From: Streptomyces sp. CNQ-509
Lineage (GTDB): Bacteria > Actinomycetota > Actinomycetes > Streptomycetales > Streptomycetaceae
DNA: 32,000 nt
Assembly: GCF_001011035.1 (NCBI RefSeq)
Contig: NZ_CP011492.1
Coordinates: 4,459,516 to 4,491,515 of the forward strand
Direction of reading: 5' to 3'
Shown here one piece after another: positions 16,283-26,360 of the stretch. The notes beneath the pieces are model-generated. The model was not told the DNA's origin. It saw only the letters and a program-made list of their open reading frames with translations, and made no database searches. Made by a program: the position numbers and the translations under genes. The first letter of the stretch is position 1, and each line of letters begins with the position of its first letter.

Positions 16283-19200
16283 TCAGGAAGGGCAGATGTC
16301 GGTGGGCACGTTGATGCTGAGTCCGCGGCGCTCGTCGGCGGTGAGTTCCCGGCCGATGGCCTTGCACACATGGCGCTTCCAGAGGGCGGGGTCGAGGCGG
16401 AGCAGGTCGTAGGGCTCAAGGTTCATGGGGTCGCGAAGTATCGCCTTGCCGTCGCTGGTCGCTGCCGGGAAGGCTTGTTCTTCGCCGAATTCGTAGATGT
16501 CCTGGTAGCCGGGTTCGTCGGCCTTGAGGAAGTGGATGGAGCCCTTGTAAGCGAGGAAGAATCCGGCTCCCCCGGTAGGGCGCAGCGACCACTCCTTTGA
16601 CCACTCTTTGTCGGTGAGTGGCCCGAACGGGCCCACTACTCTCCTTGCCGGGCGCCCAGGGTGGACAGACCAGAGCTCAGCCATCTGGGCCGTGGTCAGG
16701 ACGGTTACGTACTCCGGGTCATCCAAGAAGGAGGCCGAAAAAAGGTCATCGGCGAGACGTACGCGGAACTTTTCCTCGGGTTCTCCTGTGCGCAGGTCGA
16801 CGGCGTGCATGTACGGCTCACCGGCCACCGTTACGCTCACAAACCCAGGCTTGGGATGGTCTCGCACAGTGAAGGTGGAAGGGTCCTTCTTGGTCAGGCT
16901 TATATCGTGCAGATCAATGGGCTGCGATAGACGTCGACCACTGCGGGCGTCCCAACTCTCCACGACAGAACCGGACGTCGTGACGATCCGGTTGTCGCCG
17001 TGGAAGCTGAGAAACACCGCTGACTGTTCCCGTGGTTCCGGAGCGGGGGGCTTCGCGGTGCGAAACTCCGCTACCGGACGTAGAGAAGGAAGCGCACGGA
17101 CCACGATTCGATTCCTTTCTAAGACGTCCGCCACCAGTGTTCCGGGCCCGTTTACTTCGAGGGGCACGTATGGTTCTAGAACGGCGCTGGATGTGACCTC
17201 GGAGAGGATCCGTCCTTCGCCTTCTGTCTCCACGACCCGCAGCAGACCGGTGTCTTCCTTCCTTGCCCTGATGACCATCCTGCTGCCGTCGCCGAGCAGC
17301 TGCGGCTCCGGGTCCGTACTGTCGTCGTACAGTGTTCGCGCCCACCCTTTGAGCGCGTTTCCTTCGTTAGTCACCAAGGTTGGTGTTTGAGGAGGCCCGA
17401 CAAGGAAGGGGGTAGAGTCGACCAGCGGGGAGTACTCGGCGCGGTCGGAGTAACTCAGCGGATCGGGGCCGAGGAAATATGTCCGCGGCGGGATACCGGG
17501 GCGAGTACCGACAAGGTCCCAGTGGTTGGACGAACTGTTCACGACCGCGAAATAGTCGCCGGTGCCGTCGACGGCGATGTCGGAAGACGTGCAGTCATAC
17601 TTATATTCGTCCATGCTGACGGTTCTCAGCACCTGCCCGTCCGATACACGAACAACGCGAAACTGTGTCTCCGGACCCGTGCAGGAGACCGCCACGCCGG
17701 CGTTTCCCGAAATCGCGACCGCGGCTCCACTTGACAACTCGCGTATGGCGCCCGTAGCGATGTCGACCTTCACCAGAGAGGGGCGAGGCTGGAGTCGCTT
17801 GGCCACAACCGTGTTCTCGTCGGGCCCGAACCACACGCTGTCCAAGCCACGGATTCGCTTGGGCAGGACCCGAGGCCGCCCGGTCGTCAGGTCCCACAGT
17901 TGCAGGGGCTGTGTCGACACGGACGCGCCGACCAGGAAACGGGAGTCCGGAGAGAAGTCCATGCGGTTACGGCGGCCATCGACTGGTAGCGATTCGGGCT
18001 CCAAGAGCGCGCCTCGGAGGATGCGCATTGGTCCCGCCAGTCGCTCTCCCGTGGGTGTCACGTCGTGCCAGACCACCACGCCGTCCGCGCCGCGCACGTA
18101 GGCAATCCGGCTGCCGTCGGAGCTGACCACAGGGGCCTGGACGTCGTCCACGAAACGGAGCTGCGTATGCCGGACGCTGCCGTCGGCCGTACGGACGAAC
18201 AGGGTCGCTCGGCCCGTCACGCTCGTCACGAGGGCCACCGTTCCCTCATCGCTGACGTCCGCCTCCACTATCTTTCCTTGAGCCCCTGCCAGCACCCACG
18301 CCGCGCCCTTCAGCTCCGCGTACCGCCGCATCAGCGCGCTGCGGGCCTCCTGCGTGGGTGCGATGTCGTACGCCGCAAGCGCTGCCAGACCTGCCTGAGC
18401 GGGGTTGCTGTCCGTCAGTTCGTCCGACTGAATCGCAAGAGACCTTGACTGGCCCTCCGCCGCCCGTTCGGCGCTCACGCGCGACTCTTGCGCGAGGAAT
18501 GTGCCGAGCCCCGCGATCAGCACGAGGGCCGACCCCACCGCGATCCAGCCCGCGCGCACCCGGGCGCGCCGCGCCTGCCGGCGCCTGCGGGCCAGCGTGA
18601 GGAAGTCCCGTTGCTCTTCGGCCAGGTCTTTCTCACGGCCCCGTAATCTTCCTTCCAACGCCGCGAGTTGAAGGGCGCCGGGTAGCAGATCCGCCGGGCT
18701 GTCCGCCTTCCGCCACCGCTCAAGGTCGTGCTGCACCTCCGCCCGGCAGGCGAGGAAGTCCGCGTCGGCCCGGACCAGTTCGAAGAGCGTCGGCCACGCG
18801 GTGATCAGTGCCTCGTGTGCCAACTCGACGCTCTCAGGGCGACCTTCGCCCCCGTACAGGACCAGCAGGCGTCGCTCGGCCAGCGACTGTGCGAGGCGCC
18901 AGCGGCTTTCTCCGGCTTCGTCGCGGGTCAGCCGGCGCCGCAGTGGAGCCTCGCCACCGGGCAGCACCCGGACCAGCCCGGTCAGCAGTGCCAGCGCCTC
19001 AGCCTCGTCCCCAGACGGGACGCACTGCCGCCACGCTGTCTCTGCGTGGCGGCGCAGAGCGCCGGACACCCCGCCGATGTCCTCGTACGTCGTGGCCAGA
19101 AGACGGCCGGCCACCTGGTGCTCCCACAGCTGCTCCAAGACGAAGCCGAGCAGCGGGAGTACGCCTGGTTCGCCGCCCGTGTCGTTCAGTACGCGCCCGG

Positions 19201-20554
19201 CCAGCCCCGGGTCGTATTCCACCGCCGGTACCGTCTCGACCGGTTTGGTGATCACCTCTCGGAGCTGGTCGCGGGACATCGGCGTGAGCGGCAGCGTGGT
19301 ACCACCACGCAGGACAGCTCCGAGGCGCGGGTGTTCGAGGGCAGCATTCATGAAGTCCGCGCGGAGGGTGAGCAGCACCCGTCCCACGGTGGCGGGCAGA
19401 CGGTCGTGGAAGAGCAGTTCCACGAGTTCGCCGAGTTCGGCGTCCGTGCGGTCGACGAGTGCCTCTGCCTGGTCGAGGACGATCAGCGTTCTGCCGGTGG
19501 CCGTGCCGCGGAGCCGGTGGAGCGTGTCGGTGAGCCCCTTGTCCGCGAGCCAGGTCTCCACCTGGTCCACGCTCTCCACCGGCCTTGGTCCGAAACGGCC
19601 TGTACGGACAGCCTCGTGGAGTTCGGTGGCGAGCGCGGAGCGCAGGGACGAGACCTGCCCGGCGTTCACCACGAACACCTCGTACCCGGCCTGCCGCATC
19701 CGCGGAGCAACCCCGGCCAGCGCCAGTGACGACTTCCCGCAGCCCGACGGCCCGTACAAGGTGACAGCGGAGTCGGCGCCACACAGCGCGGTGACAACGC
19801 GCTCTACGTCGCCGTCACGGCCGAAGTAGACGTCCGCATCCTGCTCCTGGAAGGTCGCCAAGCCACGGAAGGGCGTGGGTGGGCTCACAACGGCAGCGAG
19901 CGAGGGAACCTCCCGCAACACGCTTCTGGTCCGCAGCACGTACGCCTGCTGCGCATCCTGCTGCGGCTGTGCGGCCACGAGTAGACCGACCACCGCACCC
20001 AGTTCGTTGTCCCAGACCGGACTGCCGCTGAACCCGCGCTGGACGTGTACGGTCTGCCCATCGGCCCGGGAGAGCTGGAGCCAGCCCTCGCTAGTGGCAC
20101 CGCTGAGCTTTCCGCGGAACCAGGTCTCCCCCGGCTCGCCACCCGTGAACCCCACCGCACGCGCTCCGTGATTCCATACGCTCGCAGCGTCGACCATCGG
20201 CAGGGGATGGGCAAAGGGGATCGCCTCCCGAAGCCGCAGGACCGCGATGTCGCCCGCGTGGCCGGCCCTGATCGGCACCCAATGTTCGACCTCGGCCGAC
20301 CACACGCCGGGCCCGACTCCGTCTCGACGCTCGGCCAACGGCAGCTCGACGTTGACCACCTTCCCGGTCGGCACCGTCTCGTGACGGGGCTGGTCCAACG
20401 CGTCCGACACCACGTGGGCGCAGGTCAGTACCAGATCCGCGGCGACGAGGAAACCCGCTCCGCTCAGCGCCCCGTTCTGCCCGGTGACCCGGACGACCGA
20501 TGAGGCCAGCGCATCGTCCGGACTCGATGGCGTCCTGTACGCGGTACCTGACAT
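16283..20554 (-). CDS. Trypsin-like peptidase + STAND NTPase (nSTAND1-like) + TM + WD40/propeller-like protein (1423 aa)
   Basis: Protease triad motifs LTCAHVV, GHAGDIAVLRL, GFSGSPVW; Walker A TLYGPSGCGKSSLALAG, Walker B RTLIVLDQAEAL; TM helix WIAVGSALVLIAGLGTFLA; repetitive propeller-like C-terminus. Confidence 0.88.
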   Translation of the reverse strand: MSGTAYRTPSSPDDALASSVVRVTGQNGALSGAGFLVAADLVLTCAHVVSDALDQPRHETVPTGKVVNVELPLAERRDGVGPGVWSAEVEHWVPIRAGHAGDIAVLRLREAIPFAHPLPMVDAASVWNHGARAVGFTGGEPGETWFRGKLSGATSEGWLQLSRADGQTVHVQRGFSGSPVWDNELGAVVGLLVAAQPQQDAQQAYVLRTRSVLREVPSLAAVVSPPTPFRGLATFQEQDADVYFGRDGDVERVVTALCGADSAVTLYGPSGCGKSSLALAGVAPRMRQAGYEVFVVNAGQVSSLRSALATELHEAVRTGRFGPRPVESVDQVETWLADKGLTDTLHRLRGTATGRTLIVLDQAEALVDRTDAELGELVELLFHDRLPATVGRVLLTLRADFMNAALEHPRLGAVLRGGTTLPLTPMSRDQLREVITKPVETVPAVEYDPGLAGRVLNDTGGEPGVLPLLGFVLEQLWEHQVAGRLLATTYEDIGGVSGALRRHAETAWRQCVPSGDEAEALALLTGLVRVLPGGEAPLRRRLTRDEAGESRWRLAQSLAERRLLVLYGGEGRPESVELAHEALITAWPTLFELVRADADFLACRAEVQHDLERWRKADSPADLLPGALQLAALEGRLRGREKDLAEEQRDFLTLARRRRQARRARVRAGWIAVGSALVLIAGLGTFLAQESRVSAERAAEGQSRSLAIQSDELTDSNPAQAGLAALAAYDIAPTQEARSALMRRYAELKGAAWVLAGAQGKIVEADVSDEGTVALVTSVTGRATLFVRTADGSVRHTQLRFVDDVQAPVVSSDGSRIAYVRGADGVVVWHDVTPTGERLAGPMRILRGALLEPESLPVDGRRNRMDFSPDSRFLVGASVSTQPLQLWDLTTGRPRVLPKRIRGLDSVWFGPDENTVVAKRLQPRPSLVKVDIATGAIRELSSGAAVAISGNAGVAVSCTGPETQFRVVRVSDGQVLRTVSMDEYKYDCTSSDIAVDGTGDYFAVVNSSSNHWDLVGTRPGIPPRTYFLGPDPLSYSDRAEYSPLVDSTPFLVGPPQTPTLVTNEGNALKGWARTLYDDSTDPEPQLLGDGSRMVIRARKEDTGLLRVVETEGEGRILSEVTSSAVLEPYVPLEVNGPGTLVADVLERNRIVVRALPSLRPVAEFRTAKPPAPEPREQSAVFLSFHGDNRIVTTSGSVVESWDARSGRRLSQPIDLHDISLTKKDPSTFTVRDHPKPGFVSVTVAGEPYMHAVDLRTGEPEEKFRVRLADDLFSASFLDDPEYVTVLTTAQMAELWSVHPGRPARRVVGPFGPLTDKEWSKEWSLRPTGGAGFFLAYKGSIHFLKADEPGYQDIYEFGEEQAFPAATSDGKAILRDPMNLEPYDLLRLDPALWKRHVCKAIGRELTADERRGLSINVPTDICPS

Positions 20555-20643
20555 CGTGCCCCCTGCCTGGATGCCCCTCGGTCAACCTGTTTGAGAATCT
20601 TCCCCAGTTGGGTCCTCGAAGTCACGGCGGCTCCAGCTCAGAC

Positions 20644-20669
20644 GCTGCAACGCTGAAGAGGCTCAGTGA
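20644..20669 (+). repeat. Direct repeat copy 2
   Basis: GCTGCAACGCTGAAGAGGCTCAGTGA; one mismatch to 16202-16227. Confidence 0.75.
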
Positions 20670-21055
20670 GCGGTCGGTGGAGCGGTGGCGCCGGGCCGGC
20701 GCGAACGCGGCGAGGCCGGGGTCCTGACGAAGGAATCGCCGGGCCGCCCGAGACTCGGACCGACGCAGATCGCCAGGCTGGACCGGGAAGGGGAGTGTGG
20801 TCTGCTCGCCCGTGGCTGGGCGGACCAGCGATGGGCGCTGGTGCGGGTGAAGACGCTGATCGGGCGGCTGTTCCACGTGTCCTACATGGTGGAGGGCTCC
20901 TGGCGCCTGCTGAAGCGGCACGGCTGGTCGTGGCAGCAGCCCGCCAGGCGGGCGATCGAGTGGGACGGGGAAGCGGTCGAGCTGTGGAAGAAGGAGGTCT
21001 GGCCGCAGGTAAGGGCACCGCGGCGGCGTGCGACGGCTGGATCGTCTTCGAGAAC
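20644..21055 (+). pseudogene. IS630-like transposase remnant, truncated and frameshifted
   Basis: Pieces in shifting frames: AATLKRLSERSVERWRR / RRERGEAGVLTKESPGRPRLGPTQIARL...WADQRWALVRVKTLIGRLFHVSYMVEGSWRLLKRHGWSWQQPARRAIEWDGEAVELWKKEVWPQV / GTAAACDGWIVFENE. Confidence 0.75.
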
Positions 21056-21100
21056 GAACGTCTTGTCCACCTCTCGGATCTGAACATGCACGGATTCGGA

Positions 21101-24100
21101 TCAGGAGGGGCAGAGTCGGCCCGGGAGCGGTCCCGGCAGCGTATCGCGCTCGTCATCGGTCAGCTCACGGCCGACTACTTTGCAGACTTGCTTCTCCCAG
21201 AGGGCGGGGTCGAGGCGTGTGAGTTTCAGGGGGCCACTCGGAATCGATGTGTCCCTGTCGTCCCGAGCGGGACTACCGAGGAACGCCTTGCCGTCGCTGG
21301 TGTTCGCCGGTTCGAAAAACTGATTCCTTCCGAACTTGTAGGTGTCCCGGTACGACGGATCACTCAAATTGAGGAACACGATGGTATCGCCGTAGGCTAC
21401 AAAGAACTTAGCGTCCGCGGGATTCCCGACCGTGAATTCGCCGGACTCCAGTGGCCCCATTTGCGAAAACACCCTTCGTGGCGGCTTACCTGGCTCAGCA
21501 TTCCACAATTCCAAGACGCGGCCGGTGGTCAATACCGCCATGTACCTGCTGTCCTTGAGGAATTCCGCTGTCAGGAGGTCATCGTGCAATGAGATACGGA
21601 GGTTCTTCCGCTCCCGGCCTGTCCGCAGGTCAACCGCGTACACGTTCGGCTTGCCGGACACGGCAACCCCGATCATCCCCGGAACCCGATGTCTCGAAAT
21701 GAAGTATTCCCGCTTGTCCCGGGAGGTCGGCTGGAGATCCATCAGGTCGATCTGCCCGCCGAGGCGCCGGCCATCGGCGACGTCCCAGTGCTCGACGCGA
21801 GAGCCTGAAAGCGTCACGAGTCGGTCAGCCGGAAGAAATTCGAGGGTGACCGGGTTCGGATCCTTGGGAGCCCATGGCGGTGGGGGCGCAACTTTGAACT
21901 CGGAGATCTTCTTCAGCGATGGCAAGCGGCGTACTGTGACCCGGGTATCGTCCGACACATCCGCCATGAGCGTCTGCGAGTCATTGACGGCGAATAGCTG
22001 ATCCCGGGAAGGCGGTGTCTTGAACGCGACGGACGTCTCGGACACCACTCGTTGGTTCCCTTCGGTCTCCACAATGGTCAGCTTGTCGCCTTCGCCTCTC
22101 GTTCGGACCAGCATCGTGCTCCCGTCGCCCAGCAGGTGCGGGCGTCCGTACGCGGTCTCGCCCTCGGAGTCGGTCAGCTTCTGCCCGATGAGTCTGTTAT
22201 CGCGCAGGACGGGCACGACTGGCTCGTCGGCGGTGCCGAGCAGCGGGAGATCCGGCCCCCCCAGCTCTGGACCGGGGCCGAGGGTCTTCCTGGGGCGGGC
22301 GTCACCACTGGTTGGCAGCACTTCCCAGTCGACGTTGAGAGCGTTGGCCTCCCGGGCGAACCGCGTCCCCGACGGGGCGAGCCGCGTTTCTCCGCACAAG
22401 CCGCGGTCGTCCCGGTAGCTGCGTAGGACCTTCCCGTCCGCCACGCGTATCGCCGTGTAAGAGACGCTGTATTTCTCGACATCGGGGTTTCTTCGGCAGG
22501 AAAGCGCCACAGTTCCGTCGGCCGACACCCAGGCTTCATTTCTCGAATCGTTGGGGTTGTCTTCGAAAGGCTCGGTCAGCCGACGCATTTTCTCGGTCCG
22601 GAGGTCGACGGCGATCATTGATTTGGACGGTGCTTCCAGAACCATCGTCCGGTTGTCAGGACCGAACCACGCCTTCGTCGCGATCGCGTATTTCTCCGGC
22701 AGTTCATGCGTGCGCCCTGTCTCCAGGTCCCACACCCGCACGGGGTGCTCCGGCTGATCGAATACACCGGCGTCGTCTCCCGACTCGACCAGAAATCGAC
22801 CGTCGGGTGAGAAGCTCGTCTCCTTGAACTGAAGCAACGAACTGCTGCGGTCCTGCGCGTCCGGCGCGGTACGCTCCGGCATTTCGAGCGGGTGCCCGCG
22901 GCCTACCAGCGTCTGCCCCGTAAACGAGACGTTGTGCCAGACGACCACCCCGTCGTCCGCTCGTACGTAGGAGATCCGTCGCCCGTCGAAACTTACGTCG
23001 GGGTCATTGATCCTGGGGCGCAGGCGAAGGCTCTCCTGTCGCACCTGGCCCTGTGCCGTTCGTACGAACAGCACTGCGCGCCCACCCTCGGTCTGCACCA
23101 GCGCCACTTTGCCGTCTGCGCTCATCGCGGCGTCCTCGAACTTCCCTTCGGCCGCCGACAGGCTCCACTCCTCGTCGCGGACCTCGGCGTAGCGCCGTAG
23201 CAGCGCATTCCGGGCCTCCTGCGTCGGCGCGGCCTCGTACGCGGCCAGGGCGGCGAGGGCCGCGTGACTGGGATTGGTGTCGACCAGGTCGTCGGACTGC
23301 ACCGCCAGCGCCCTGGAGCGTGCTTCTGCCGCCCGCTGGCTGCTGACCTGGGACTGCAGGACACCGAACGTGGTCAGAGTCGCAATGAGCGTGAGCGTCA
23401 GGGCGCCAGCCGTCCAGCGAAGCCGGGTGCGCTTGCGGGCCGCCCGATGCCGTCTCCGTGCCGCGTGAAGGAACTCACGTTGGTCTTGGGTCAGTTCGTC
23501 GGTGCGACCGTCCAGCCTTTGCATAAGGTTGTCGAGTTGGAAACCGCCCGGTAGCAGGTCCGCACGGCGCTCTGCCTGCTCCCAACGCTCCAGGTCGTGC
23601 TGGATCTCGGCTCGCGCGTTCAGGAAGGCTGCGCCGTCTCTGACTACCTCGGCCAGCTCGGGCCACTCGGTGATCAGCGCCTCGTGTACCAGTTCCACGC
23701 TCTCGGCCTGACCGTTCCCGCCGTACAGGACGAGCAGACGCTTATCCTCCATGGCCATTTCTTGGGCAAGCCGCCAGCGCTCCTCACCGGCCTCCTCGCG
23801 GGTCAGCGGGCGCCGCAGAGTGGCCTCCCCGCCCGGAACCACCCGCACGAGGCCGGCCAGCAGACGTCGTGCCTCCGCCTCTGATTCGGGCGACACACAC
23901 TGCTTCCATACCTGTTTGGCATGGTTGACCAAAGCGCCCTTGACACCACCGATCTGCTGGTAGGTCGCGGCGCTCAGCTGTCCGCCGTGCTGCTTGTCCC
24001 ACAGCTCCTTCAGCAGGAACCCTAAGAGCGGCAGAATGCCCGGATCGGTGCCGGCGTCGTCCAGAATCCGCATGTCGAGGCCGGGGTCGTAGAACACCGC

Positions 24101-25423
24101 GGGCGCCTGTTCGAGGGGGCGGGTGATGACCGCGTGGAGTTGGCCCCGGGTCATCGGTGCCAGTGGCAAGGTCCTTCCGGAGGTCAGCACGGGTGCCAGC
24201 AGTGCGTGATTCAGCGCCGTGTTGATGACGTCGGCGCGCAAGGTGGCGAGGATCCGCAGCCCGCCGCGACGGGGCGGGAACAGCAACTCCAGCGTCTCGG
24301 CGAGCTTCGGATCCGGCAGGCTGAGCAGTGCTTCCGCTTGATCGAGTACGACGAGCAAATGCTCCGCGGGGCGCCCGGTTGCGCGGTGGAAGGCGTCAAC
24401 CAGCCCTACATCCCTCAGCCACACGTCCACTTGATCTACGCTCCGTACCCGCGCGATCCCGTCGGAGCGGGAGCCGCCAGCTCCGCCTACCGCGTACTCG
24501 AAGAGAGACGTCGCCAGTGCGGCTGTCGACGCCGACGTACTGACACAGTCGACGATCAGGACATCCCACCCGGATCTGCGGAGTTGCGGCACCACACCGG
24601 CACGCGCGAGGGAGGACTTGCCGCTGCCGGACGGGCCGCACAGCGTGACGATCGGGTGGTTGCCCTTCAGCTCTGTGACCACCCGGGAGATGTCCTCGTC
24701 CCGGCCGAAGAACCGTTCTTCGTCGCCCTCGCTGAACCGCCGCAGACCGAGGAACGGATTGGCGGGCAGCAGAATCTGCCTGAGCTCCGGAACCCGCTCG
24801 GACAGCGTTTCCGTACGGATCACGAACGCCTGCTGCGCCTCCTGCTCCGGTTGAGATGCGACGACCATGCCCACCGCCGCACCCAGGTCGTCGTCCCAGA
24901 CCGGGCTCCCGCTGAACCCCGGCTTCACGTAGACGGCTTGGTCGTTGTCCCGCGAGAGCTGCACCAAGGAACTCCCGACAGGGCCACGAAACCGCCCCTT
25001 CTGCCAGTCACCGCCGGACATGTCGCGGGTGAAGCCGACCGCCCGGGTCTCGTGGTCCCAGACCTCCCGCCTGTCAGCCATCGGTAAAGGGCGCCCGCCT
25101 GGCAGGGGTGCGGGCAAGCGCAGCACGGCGATATCGCCGCCCTGGTCCGCTTCGACCGGCGTCCAGTGCTTCACGCCCGCAGTCCAGGTGGTGTCGCCGG
25201 GGACGAACGGCAGGTCGAGCCGGACCTGACGGCCCAGGTCAACGGGGGAGTCCCGGTCCAGCCCCAGGGCATCGGACACCACATGAGCGCAAGTCAGCAC
25301 CGTGTCGCTGGCGATGAGGAAGCCGGCACCGACGATCGCGCCGTCCTGAGTCAGGATTCGGACGATCGACGAGGCCATGGCGGGTTCGGATGCCTCCCGG
25401 CCCCTCGGCCCGTGCTCAGCCAC
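21101..25423 (-). CDS. Trypsin-like peptidase + STAND NTPase + TM + WD40/propeller-like protein, paralogue 2 (about 1440 aa)
   Basis: LTCAHVV, GGDIAVLRL, GFSGSPVW; Walker A TLCGPSGSGKSSLARAG, Walker B LLVVLDQAEAL; TM AGALTLTLIATLTTFGVL. GTG at 25423 overlaps the upstream stop; ATG 25378 is an alternative start and the ORF track extends to 25516. Confidence 0.87.
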   Translation of the reverse strand: MAEHGPRGREASEPAMASSIVRILTQDGAIVGAGFLIASDTVLTCAHVVSDALGLDRDSPVDLGRQVRLDLPFVPGDTTWTAGVKHWTPVEADQGGDIAVLRLPAPLPGGRPLPMADRREVWDHETRAVGFTRDMSGGDWQKGRFRGPVGSSLVQLSRDNDQAVYVKPGFSGSPVWDDDLGAAVGMVVASQPEQEAQQAFVIRTETLSERVPELRQILLPANPFLGLRRFSEGDEERFFGRDEDISRVVTELKGNHPIVTLCGPSGSGKSSLARAGVVPQLRRSGWDVLIVDCVSTSASTAALATSLFEYAVGGAGGSRSDGIARVRSVDQVDVWLRDVGLVDAFHRATGRPAEHLLVVLDQAEALLSLPDPKLAETLELLFPPRRGGLRILATLRADVINTALNHALLAPVLTSGRTLPLAPMTRGQLHAVITRPLEQAPAVFYDPGLDMRILDDAGTDPGILPLLGFLLKELWDKQHGGQLSAATYQQIGGVKGALVNHAKQVWKQCVSPESEAEARRLLAGLVRVVPGGEATLRRPLTREEAGEERWRLAQEMAMEDKRLLVLYGGNGQAESVELVHEALITEWPELAEVVRDGAAFLNARAEIQHDLERWEQAERRADLLPGGFQLDNLMQRLDGRTDELTQDQREFLHAARRRHRAARKRTRLRWTAGALTLTLIATLTTFGVLQSQVSSQRAAEARSRALAVQSDDLVDTNPSHAALAALAAYEAAPTQEARNALLRRYAEVRDEEWSLSAAEGKFEDAAMSADGKVALVQTEGGRAVLFVRTAQGQVRQESLRLRPRINDPDVSFDGRRISYVRADDGVVVWHNVSFTGQTLVGRGHPLEMPERTAPDAQDRSSSLLQFKETSFSPDGRFLVESGDDAGVFDQPEHPVRVWDLETGRTHELPEKYAIATKAWFGPDNRTMVLEAPSKSMIAVDLRTEKMRRLTEPFEDNPNDSRNEAWVSADGTVALSCRRNPDVEKYSVSYTAIRVADGKVLRSYRDDRGLCGETRLAPSGTRFAREANALNVDWEVLPTSGDARPRKTLGPGPELGGPDLPLLGTADEPVVPVLRDNRLIGQKLTDSEGETAYGRPHLLGDGSTMLVRTRGEGDKLTIVETEGNQRVVSETSVAFKTPPSRDQLFAVNDSQTLMADVSDDTRVTVRRLPSLKKISEFKVAPPPPWAPKDPNPVTLEFLPADRLVTLSGSRVEHWDVADGRRLGGQIDLMDLQPTSRDKREYFISRHRVPGMIGVAVSGKPNVYAVDLRTGRERKNLRISLHDDLLTAEFLKDSRYMAVLTTGRVLELWNAEPGKPPRRVFSQMGPLESGEFTVGNPADAKFFVAYGDTIVFLNLSDPSYRDTYKFGRNQFFEPANTSDGKAFLGSPARDDRDTSIPSGPLKLTRLDPALWEKQVCKVVGRELTDDERDTLPGPLPGRLCPS

Positions 25424-25799
25424 GACGCTCTCCGCTGTCTGGCGGCCGTGGTTCGGCGTTGTCGTGGCGCCAGGTGAGGCTGACCGAGAAATTCGCCGCT
25501 GCCGAAGAACCGGCAATGAGGATCTTCGCGTCGGCCGTCAGGGACATACCGAACTGCAAGGTGGCCTCGTCGGGCTGTCGCCCCATGTCCTGGCAGCGCC
25601 CGACGAACGCGTTGGCCACGGGCCGGACCACTTCCAACATCCGGTCCAGGGACTCCTCGGCCCTGGCCGCAGTCCGGCTACCACGGCCGACCCGGACCAC
25701 GGACTCGTCCGCCTCTTCGACCTGCACCCGCACGACGCCCTCGCCGTCGTTCAGGGGTACTTCGACCACATGGAAGGAGCGGCGTTCGTTTGAAACCAT
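25416..25799 (-). CDS. Trypco1-like (CU044_2847 family) protein, 127 aa
   Basis: RSFHVVEVPLNDGEGVVRVQVEEADESVVRVGRGSRTAARAEESLDRMLEVVRPVANAFVGRCQDMGRQPDEATLQFGMSLTADAKILIAGSSAAANFSVSLTW fits the trypsin-co-occurring domain pattern; stop overlaps the downstream protease-STAND start by 8 nt. Confidence 0.8.
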   Translation of the reverse strand: MVSNERRSFHVVEVPLNDGEGVVRVQVEEADESVVRVGRGSRTAARAEESLDRMLEVVRPVANAFVGRCQDMGRQPDEATLQFGMSLTADAKILIAGSSAAANFSVSLTWRHDNAEPRPPDSGERRG

Positions 25800-26360
25800 G
25801 CGAATCCTCGTCTCAGGGGCCGACACGCCTGAAGTCCAAGGGGCGAGCGTACGTACGGCATGCCCGGTCAGGAGACATGATCGTCCCTTTTGGCGCAAAC
25901 CCTCCCCTGCTGCCACCTGGTGATCACCGTCCCGCCTCAACGGGTGGATCCGCCTGGCCCGCCCGGTACACGCCACACTCGGCACAGGTCACCATCGCGT
26001 GCTCGCGGAAGAGCGGCTGTTTCCAGGGCAACATCGGGCCGTCGAATTGTTCGTGAGTGAGCACCCGCATCTCCGGCGGAAGGAAGTCGCTTACCACGCG
26101 GGCTGGTACGGCGTGCTACAGCTCCGGCCGCACCTGCTCGACCTCTGCTGCCCCCGCCTGACCCGGTCGCGCCGCCCGCTCGAAGAACCGGCGCCCACCC
26201 TCGCCCAGCTTGGCGGGGCGGCGGCATATCTGGTGAAACACCTGACGTCCTCCCTCATCTCCTTCACCTACAAGACGTGTCCCGCACTGTGGCCGCTCTC
26301 CGAATCGCGTAGTCCCGCGGGAGGGACTGATGGCCGCCAAGCCTTCGCGCCTGCGGCTGT

